Positions 57,884-64,000 of a stretch of DNA of 64,000 nt are shown one piece after another. The first letter of the stretch is position 1, and every line of letters starts with the position of its first letter. The translations under genes were made by a program, and so were the position numbers. A model generated the notes under the pieces. The model worked only from the letters and a program-made list of their open reading frames with translations, was not told the DNA's origin and did not search any database. The DNA is from a virus (Duplodnaviria > Caudoviricetes): positions 243,822-307,821 of IMG/VR virus record IMGVR_UViG_3300049988_000124; one strand, 5' to 3'.

Positions 57884-57992
57884 GTGATTCTTTCGCAATA
57901 ACGACACCGTAGGGCCGTAGTGTGTTTGCAAGGGGACTACTATCTTCCTAAAAGGAAACGTATCCTTACGGTGCCGATAATGTAAAAGAGAA

Positions 57993-58069
57993 TGGAGCGA
58001 CGAGTCGGGATCGAACCGACGACCTAAAGATTTGCAATCTTCCGCAACTACCAACTGTGCTACCGCCGC
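57993..58069 (-). tRNA. tRNA-Cys(GCA)
   Basis: Cloverleaf, loop TT-GCA-AA, U73 discriminator, encoded CCA. Confidence 0.9.
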
Positions 58070-58088
58070 TCAAGTATAATGAAGCAAG

Positions 58089-58160
58089 CTCGAGTGACAG
58101 GATTCGAACCTGTGACCAAGGCATTAACAGTGCCCTACTCTACCGCTGAGCTACACTCGA
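58089..58160 (-). tRNA. tRNA-Asn(GTT), CCA not encoded
   Basis: Loop CT-GTT-AA, G73, canonical D and T arms. Confidence 0.85.
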
Positions 58161-58170
58161 GCTTGCTCCA

Positions 58171-58365
58171 CTACGGATTGATCCACTGGTTCAACGAATC
58201 AGCTGACCACAGAGGACGACGTCCCATCCAAATAGTCGGCTTTGGAAAAGGAGATAGCTCCCCGTTGATGTAAGCGAGAAGTGTTCCCATTCTCAGGCGT
58301 TCAAAAGAACTACGAGAAATAAGTAGCTTCTCACAAATGGCTTTGATTCCAAGGAGAGTAATCAT
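58171..58365 (-). CDS. AlpA/excisionase-like HTH protein
   Basis: LLGIKAICEKLLISRSSFERL...FPKP...GRRPLW....L.QWI. Confidence 0.7.
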   Translation of the reverse strand: MITLLGIKAICEKLLISRSSFERLRMGTLLAYINGELSPFPKPTIWMGRRPLWSADSLNQWINP

Positions 58366-58559
58366 GATGAATTCCTCACAATACGGAGTTCATCGATCTC
58401 TTGGAATTCATCGTCGTAGAAACGTTCATCGGTACTTGTTAGCATCCATCTCGATAGGCACGGAATACTATCACCGTGCCACTCAGCGATGACCCATTCG
58501 ACGGTATCCCTTACCCAGTAGAACCCGTTTTCTCTAACTGGCTTATCTGCTTGTTCCAT
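58362..58559 (-). CDS. small hypothetical protein (GFYWVR family, paralog 2)
   Basis: TAATG coupling with the upstream gene; GFYWVRD..W..A.W...EIDE.RIVRN shared with paralog 1. Confidence 0.6.
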   Translation of the reverse strand: MEQADKPVRENGFYWVRDTVEWVIAEWHGDSIPCLSRWMLTSTDERFYDDEFQEIDELRIVRNSS

Positions 58560-58849
58560 TATAGAACCTGCCAATCTTCAGCGAGAATATCAGATGTGCT
58601 AGGCACCCAAACAGCAACATCTTCATCCACAGTCTTTAGTGCAAAGTAAGCACGGTAAGGAATCATCTCACCCTCACCGAAATACTCTTTGGCTGCACCG
58701 GTCTGCACTGGGTAGGATGCTGCGGGAACCATGTAGGCGAACATGCCCTTACCGTTCCAGCCAGCACGTGTGATACGCTTGCCTTCTTTCAAAGCTCTAA
58801 GCGCTATTCCGAAGTCGAGCTGACTACTTAAAGAGATTTGCCTCCCCAT
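58559..58849 (-). CDS. DUF2829 / Tad2-family anti-defence nucleotide sponge
   Basis: FG.AL..LKEGKRITRAGWNGKGMF...W.PS.SDILAEDW. Confidence 0.85.
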   Translation of the reverse strand: MGRQISLSSQLDFGIALRALKEGKRITRAGWNGKGMFAYMVPAASYPVQTGAAKEYFGEGEMIPYRAYFALKTVDEDVAVWVPSTSDILAEDWQVL

Positions 58850-58878
58850 TACGACTCAACTCCTTTCATGAAAGAGAT

Positions 58879-58966
58879 TGGTGGGAAGAGCTGGATTCGA
58901 ACCAACGTTCACCATTACGTGAGCAGATTTACAGTCTGCCGCCTTCAGCCACTCGGCCACCTTCCC
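58879..58966 (-). tRNA. tRNA-Tyr(GTA)
   Basis: Loop CT-GTA-AA, long variable arm, A73, encoded CCA. Confidence 0.93.
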
Positions 58967-59039
58967 ACAATAAGGACCCCGTTTCTGTTGCTACGTACGG
59001 GCCTTTATTGCCCACGCCACCATAGGGAGTCGAACGCCC

Positions 59040-59450
59040 TAGGAATTTACTACGCCGTCATTGAGGTGAGTCGCTGACTAAGCGTAGCTGCCGTTAGGCA
59101 ACGAGACGGATGTCCATCTCATTGTCGTTGGCTGCGACTGCGGGGTTATTCGCATTCACTGTGGATGGCTTTTTGTCGACTAGGTTCCCCTGGTCCGTGG
59201 GCAGCCATGCCCGGTCGCGTATTCTCGCCACAACACACGTCGATCCTGGTTCAGACCCATCATAGCCACTGACTAGGGAAGATTAGATGTAAAGGCGATA
59301 ACCCTTCATCCTCTTATCGAGCCCAGGTGCTCTATCCTTTGCAAGAGCCAGTGACTATGGTGGATCTGGCCGGTACTGCCCCGGCGTCCGCTGCGCGCTT
59401 TGATATCCCGATTAATTTACGACCATTACCCTCTTGCGAGGATCTGTTTG
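59040..59450 (-). ncRNA. ssrA: circularly permuted two-piece tmRNA (alphaproteobacterial type); outer ends approximate
   Basis: Acceptor piece ends CCGGGGCAGTACCGG-CCAGATCC-A-CCA at 59358; coding piece starts GGGTCTGAACCAGGATCGAC at 59258; acceptor stem has the G3.U70 pair. Confidence 0.9.
59094..59132 (-). other. tmRNA tag reading frame (A)ANDNEMDIRLVA*
   Basis: GCC AAC GAC AAT resume context matches the ANDN start of alphaproteobacterial tags; TAA sits in a hairpin. Confidence 0.88.
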
Positions 59451-59459
59451 CCATCACTG

Positions 59460-59610
59460 GCGAGATGGATGCTGCACTCGCGGTATGGAGAAATTATCTC
59501 CTACTCTACCTTGAACGGTTCAACCGGGAAGGGTCGCTCAACGTCTAGGCGTGATCTATTAGTCATAAGCGTAATGCCTAATAAACCGACGATTACAGCA
59601 TCCATCTCGC
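59460..59610 (-). ncRNA. rod-closed structured ncRNA, module B (candidate)
   Basis: 15-bp perfect inverted repeat gcgagatggatgctg/cagcatccatctcgc, extended by further helices. Confidence 0.6.
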
Positions 59611-59636
59611 GATTGACGGATACGTCTTAATAGATA

Positions 59637-59806
59637 CTCACTGGCGATGAGGATGCTGTACTCAGCATGAGGCCGGAATCTCATTAACCTGCGCGGAGGG
59701 CGGCGGTCTCGACGCTAACAGGCTACTAACTCAAATGAACGGTTTTGGGTAACAGGGAGACCATCATTTAAGCTAAACTGAATACAACACCCACAACGCC
59801 AGTGAG
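59637..59806 (-). ncRNA. rod-closed structured ncRNA, module A (candidate)
   Basis: About 35-bp closing helix with G.U pairs only on the minus strand; internal GGTCTC/GAGACC stem; ORF-free. Confidence 0.6.
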
Positions 59807-59886
59807 CGAGGAACTAGCACAAGTGAGAGGTAACACACCGGTTGTGCTATAACACATTGGGATCAGGGGTTATTTTTTCTGTTTAT

Positions 59887-60114
59887 TCACCAAGGCCGAC
59901 CCAGGATCATACCACCAGGATTAAAGGCAATGATCATTGGTTGTCCTTGTCCCTCGATGAATTGACGCTGTGCTTCATGTCGTTCGTTTAACAGCTGAAC
60001 GGTGAGCGTAGCAGCACTGTCGTCGTTTGCGGTGAGGATCGGAGAACTCTGGGTCTTACCGTAGATCCGGTTCCCCAAAGAGGTCAAGGGAAAGTCTTGA
60101 GATGTCAGTGCCAT
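59887..60114 (-). CDS. small hypothetical protein
   Basis: AAGGA RBS. Confidence 0.55.
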   Translation of the reverse strand: MALTSQDFPLTSLGNRIYGKTQSSPILTANDDSAATLTVQLLNERHEAQRQFIEGQGQPMIIAFNPGGMILGRPW

Positions 60115-60646
60115 GGGAATGATCCTTGCTTTCTGACTGTAACCAGCCGCTTACGGTGAAGAGCTGGAGAAGGTAGATCACGTTGTTGACGACGTTACAG
60201 AGACTGACCTGTTCGCCATAAACGGTAACCACACCCAGATATCCGTACCAGGTGGAGACTGTTGTGAAAAAAGCAGCGGCGTAGAGGATGGTTAACTTAC
60301 CCATCCACCGGTAGTGGTGGGTTCCCCACATGATCCCACTCAAGGCAAAGAAGAACAGGTCAGAGAGATAGAGCCACTTCATTGCTCCTACCACAATACC
60401 CATAGATCCCATCACCCAAGTGGTGGCATTAATGCACCAGAAGACAATCATGACTCCGGCTGCAATCATGCGCCACCAATTACTATCTTCCGCGTCCTCG
60501 TCGCTGTTTAGACATCGAATAAGTGTATAGAGGAAAACCAACGAGGTCAAGACACCCCAGAACAACAGCTGACCCATTGGTGAGATGATGAACTCGCCAA
60601 GGTAGGTGAGAATGCCTACCCACAGATTGAATGTGGGACTAGACAT
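60056..60646 (-). CDS. multi-pass membrane protein
   Basis: About five hydrophobic segments. Confidence 0.6.
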   Translation of the reverse strand: MSSPTFNLWVGILTYLGEFIISPMGQLLFWGVLTSLVFLYTLIRCLNSDEDAEDSNWWRMIAAGVMIVFWCINATTWVMGSMGIVVGAMKWLYLSDLFFFALSGIMWGTHHYRWMGKLTILYAAAFFTTVSTWYGYLGVVTVYGEQVSLCNVVNNVIYLLQLFTVSGWLQSESKDHSHGTDISRLSLDLFGEPDLR

Positions 60647-60736
60647 TAGTTGCTAGGAGGAGGAGGGGTTGAGGTGTCTACACCGGGTTGTACGGGGACA
60701 CCACCGCCGTAGAGGACGACGGGTTCTTGGTTGTGA

Positions 60737-60994
60737 TCAACTGGCTCCGGGGCGGGCGGGGTACCGCCCATCAACCACAAGAGATAGAGGAGAAAATAGT
60801 CCATCTGATTGTTTCCTTGTCAGATCAAGTTGACCAGATCTATGGTCATAGCTTGAACAAAGGAAATGTTCGCAATAAATGTCAGTTATTAACCAAAGTC
60901 GCTCGGTCCAATGTCCTGGGTTGCCAGCGTACCCGACCAAGAGCTTGCGTTCTGATGTCTTCGTTACCGGGGTAGTTAGCACTAAATAGGACAT
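60737..60994 (-). CDS. hypothetical protein
   Basis: ORF in the minus-strand run; overlaps the upstream gene, start uncertain. Confidence 0.35.
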   Translation of the reverse strand: MSYLVLTTPVTKTSERKLLVGYAGNPGHWTERLWLITDIYCEHFLCSSYDHRSGQLDLTRKQSDGLFSPLSLVVDGRYPARPGAS

Positions 60995-61190
60995 TGGTGG
61001 GGTGGTGAGTAGCCCAACCCATTACGAATGAATTACCAACGATAACGGCGATAGCATTCTCGTCTTGGTCTAGGTGATTAAGGATACCACCCACCGCTTT
61101 ACTACTTGAAAGAACAGTGAAAATTTCGCCACCCAATAGCTTCTGAATGGGTTCGGCTTCTTCTTTCGTTGAGAAGATAAGAGTACGCAT
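60882..61190 (-). CDS. stand-alone helicase C-terminal (RecA2)-like domain protein
   Basis: GW at motif V position and QALGRV resembling SF2 motif VI; GAAAGG RBS. Confidence 0.4.
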   Translation of the reverse strand: MRTLIFSTKEEAEPIQKLLGGEIFTVLSSSKAVGGILNHLDQDENAIAVIVGNSFVMGWATHHPTNVLFSANYPGNEDIRTQALGRVRWQPRTLDRATLVNN

Positions 61191-61250
61191 GTCGTAACCT
61201 TTCTGAAGAAGAAGGATGCCCCGGTAGTAATACCGGGACACCTTAGGGGT

Positions 61251-62759
61251 TTATGCTGTTGCTGTGTACTTGTTGTGTCCACGCCAATAGTGAGCGTTTT
61301 GACGAACTTCCTCGAAGACCGGAGGGTTAACCAACACCCCGTGCTCGAAGATAACCTGGAGGTAGTCCTGCTCACCTTCCAGTAGCTCGTGCTCTTGGAT
61401 GGTAACGAAGTCGACGTACGGATCGGGGAAGTGGTTAATCTCACGACGCACAACGGCGAAGCGACCACCCTTTGATGCCTTAGTCGGATCGGTCTTGACT
61501 TCCTTCCTGATCGACCTTGCACTACCGTTGATGACGACCTCAGATGCCTTCATGGCAAAGCGGTGAGTGTCCCGCTCCACATCGTGTTGCATGAGGCCCC
61601 CACCTGAGCCAAAGGCGATGTTGTCGACCGACCACTTGTGGTAGACAACACGCTGAAGGATACGACGGAGACTCTCCTCGTTGATCCCATCGCCTTGAAT
61701 AAGACCCACGAACTCGGGGAGCACTCGGAAACCCTTCTCATTCACCGTACTACCGACCAGACTCTCGATGAGGTCAAGAAGGTGGACGACGTTGATAACC
61801 GGGTCACCAGAGTCCGGACGCAGGATGATCTTGATGTTGGAGGCAATGAGCTTTTCCAACAGACCACAACCACCCTTATCCGCCGGTGTCATCCACATGT
61901 GAACAGCTTCATCCTGATCGTAAGTGTCGATCACGACCGAGACAGGGTAGCGACCCCCCAGAGGATTGATCTCGTCCTTGAACTGCTCAATCACATGCTC
62001 GTAGAACGCTTGTTCATTCTCACGGCCCCAGGATGTGGTGACCGAATGCTCAGACGCTGGAATCGAGAAGCCGAGCATGGCTTCGGTTCGGTAGGTGTGC
62101 TGACCAAAGGTAATGCCAAGGAGATTGTCGGTCACCTGGAAGTTCACCAAGTGCGCCATACCGGACACTCCTGCATCCTCGGTGACCCGGCAACCACGTG
62201 CGGAGAAGTCAACGACCTTGAACTCAGCAGTGCCCTCAGTCCCGGAGATCTGAAGATACTCCTCAAGCAGCGACCACCAGCGCATCCCACGGGTTGCAAT
62301 CGTAGTCGGCATCCAGACGCGCATGAGCATGGTCTCGATCGTGATGCACAGACCTGCCACATCCTCGTCGAGTGACTCGATGACACAGGCAACACAACCC
62401 TGTGGGATTACTGTTCCCTCAGCAATCTGCTTGATGCGAATCGGTAGCCTTCCGTCGTAACGATCGCGCACGATCTCAGCACCCACTCGGTCGAAGGGAA
62501 TACCGTGTAGCGGAAAGAACTTGGCAGCATGCTCAATGAACGCCGTCGTCCAGCGCTGGGTCAGGAAGTAACGCAGCGTGTAGACGTTACCGAACCACAT
62601 GATCTCACTAAAGCCGCCGCCCTTGCGAGCCTCGATATACCCGTACTCGGAGGTGAGCATGGGGTGTTCGAATTTCCAATGTGATCCCTTGTAGGTGTCC
62701 TTGTTCAAGATAGGCTGGGTGAGGAGCTCACCGATGGTATCAAAGAATTCCATGGTCAT
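61251..62759 (-). CDS. nadV: nicotinamide phosphoribosyltransferase (NAMPT/NadV)
   Basis: DTYKGSH, DFSARG, IPASEHS..TSWG, SVVIDTYD, RPDSGDP, IQGDGIN, FGSGGGL, K..KTDP.K.SK.GR. Confidence 0.93.
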   Translation of the reverse strand: MTMEFFDTIGELLTQPILNKDTYKGSHWKFEHPMLTSEYGYIEARKGGGFSEIMWFGNVYTLRYFLTQRWTTAFIEHAAKFFPLHGIPFDRVGAEIVRDRYDGRLPIRIKQIAEGTVIPQGCVACVIESLDEDVAGLCITIETMLMRVWMPTTIATRGMRWWSLLEEYLQISGTEGTAEFKVVDFSARGCRVTEDAGVSGMAHLVNFQVTDNLLGITFGQHTYRTEAMLGFSIPASEHSVTTSWGRENEQAFYEHVIEQFKDEINPLGGRYPVSVVIDTYDQDEAVHMWMTPADKGGCGLLEKLIASNIKIILRPDSGDPVINVVHLLDLIESLVGSTVNEKGFRVLPEFVGLIQGDGINEESLRRILQRVVYHKWSVDNIAFGSGGGLMQHDVERDTHRFAMKASEVVINGSARSIRKEVKTDPTKASKGGRFAVVRREINHFPDPYVDFVTIQEHELLEGEQDYLQVIFEHGVLVNPPVFEEVRQNAHYWRGHNKYTATA

Positions 62760-62768
62760 GTCTCCCCC

Positions 62769-63878
62769 TTAAATCGACAAGTCGTCGAACTGGTGTAGGA
62801 AATACTCAAAGGGATTGTAGAGATCCTCGAACATCATGGACCTCACGACCTCGTCGGTATTCCACCAGCGAGCCTGCCTGGCATCATCAGCACCCTTGAT
62901 AGCGGGACGTGGATAGTGAGCTGGGATCACCAGACCATAAGCCATCGAGAAAGTAACTTCCCGATTTGACCGCCAGGGATTGTCGAGCATCTTCTCGCCG
63001 CGAATGAATGAGGCTAACATGTCACGGGTCAGCCAATCGTTGAGATCAAGAATCTGTGTTTCTTGATTGACCTCATCGAGCATTGCTTCTTCGAAGGTCT
63101 GATAAGCCCTCTTGTGACCACCCGGAGAAGCCCACAGTCCAAGACCTGGCATCTGTCCACGCTGAACCAGACAGACCGAACCGGCATGGTACATGAAACC
63201 ATCAGCACACGGGAATTGCTGCGGATCATCAGTAAACGGATTCTTCGGGAACAGGGGCAAGTATTCCTTGACCATGAACTTATACTCAGCGCGCATCAAC
63301 TCGAACTGCGCGGTGTGTACCCACTGACGAAGGAACACGTATGTCCCTTGGGGGATTACCTGAGGCTCCGAGCGATATAGAAGCTCGACCTGCGCTGCTG
63401 GATCTTCAGCGTCGTAGATTGAGTGTCTGATGTCCGTTGCCGAGACCGGTAGTTCCTGCTCGCCGAGCACGGCCTGTGTGGCAACCGCTCCCCATTCAGG
63501 AAACATCTTCAGATAGTACGATGTACCATCTTTGGCGTAACCGACGAGTGCAATACGGGGCTCATGACCAAGCTTCAGGTTAGCTGCTTCTCGTGTCGTG
63601 ATGCGCTGAACATCGCGCACCCACTGGAGATTACTCTCGCGGTCTTCCACTGGGAAGATGTAGACCCGGTCATTCTCAGCTGGCGTCAGTGAGCCACGAA
63701 TCATTCCCACTACCTCATCAAAGGTGTGAGGGTTCTTGAAGTGAGGCGCTTCAAAGGCAGAGCCAACGAAGATAAACGCGTACTGACCTGAGAGCAAGCA
63801 GGCTCGGATGTTCTTTAGATGAGGTTCCGTCGGCGGACGCATCCGGCCAGCGAACGCACAAATGTCATACATACCCAT
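62769..63878 (-). CDS. NMN adenylyltransferase-Nudix fusion (NadM-Nudix type)
   Basis: GR..P.T..H, VGSA, NP..F.E, SATDIR; GLWA.PGG, GADDA..A.W. Confidence 0.88.
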   Translation of the reverse strand: MGMYDICAFAGRMRPPTEPHLKNIRACLLSGQYAFIFVGSAFEAPHFKNPHTFDEVVGMIRGSLTPAENDRVYIFPVEDRESNLQWVRDVQRITTREAANLKLGHEPRIALVGYAKDGTSYYLKMFPEWGAVATQAVLGEQELPVSATDIRHSIYDAEDPAAQVELLYRSEPQVIPQGTYVFLRQWVHTAQFELMRAEYKFMVKEYLPLFPKNPFTDDPQQFPCADGFMYHAGSVCLVQRGQMPGLGLWASPGGHKRAYQTFEEAMLDEVNQETQILDLNDWLTRDMLASFIRGEKMLDNPWRSNREVTFSMAYGLVIPAHYPRPAIKGADDARQARWWNTDEVVRSMMFEDLYNPFEYFLHQFDDLSI

Positions 63879-63911
63879 TCTCCCTTTAACAGATAAGATG
63901 TGAAAAGAGAA

Positions 63912-63945
63912 TAATAAGGAGTAGCCATCAGGCTACTCCTTATTA
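63912..63945. terminator. terminator-like hairpin
   Basis: 15-bp perfect stem taataaggagtagcc/ggctactccttatta. Confidence 0.7.
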
Positions 63946-64000
63946 CGTCAGCCGTACTTAGAGGTTGAGGTCGTTCTCGACGTCGGGGCCACCACTGAAG

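Noticed and set aside
59327-59630. Plus-strand ORFs 59327..59548 and 59400..59630
   Set aside because: They overlap the tmRNA acceptor piece and structured RNA on the opposite strand, with no coding evidence
1-64000. CRISPR array, rRNA, integrase or IS elements, and stop-codon reassignment
   Set aside because: No regularly spaced direct repeats, rRNA or transposase motifs were seen; conserved genes are full length under the standard code
63957-64000. 3' end of a minus-strand gene at the right edge (...FSGGPDVENDLNL*)
   Set aside because: Too short to identify or support as a feature

Overview
This is a 64-kb segment of a lytic phiKZ-related (Chimalliviridae-like) jumbo phage genome. It carries the conserved non-virion RNA polymerase block (beta-like, beta'-like and gp68-like subunits, an SF2 helicase and a likely PicA/Imp1-type import factor), virion genes, and nine copies of the phiKZ-type early promoter core TATATTAC upstream of minus-strand genes. 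The accessory content points to an alphaproteobacterial host: a circularly permuted two-piece tmRNA with an ANDN-type tag, a complete hybrid histidine kinase and an acyl carrier protein. Other features are an intein-split SNF2-like helicase (class 3, Ala1 intein with LAGLIDADG endonuclease), an RlmN-like radical SAM enzyme, a GH19 endolysin, a spanin pair, a dCTP deaminase-family enzyme, MYG1, SLOG, NADAR-like, NYN, RyR, CYTH and Ntn-hydrolase proteins, seven tRNAs, a Tad2/DUF2829 sponge and a NAMPT plus NMNAT-Nudix NAD salvage pair. The most unusual observations are (i) a phage hybrid kinase with an ethylene-receptor-like membrane sensor, (ii) several unannotated structured RNAs in the tRNA/tmRNA island, including two tandem paralogous rod-shaped RNAs, (iii) three signal-peptide, Cys-paired fibre-like proteins in front of the endolysin, and (iv) an FG-motif-rich disordered tail on the putative nuclear-import factor. 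All family calls come from motif recognition by eye; no database search was run. Many start codons were moved from the ORF track to a downstream start with a better ribosome-binding site.
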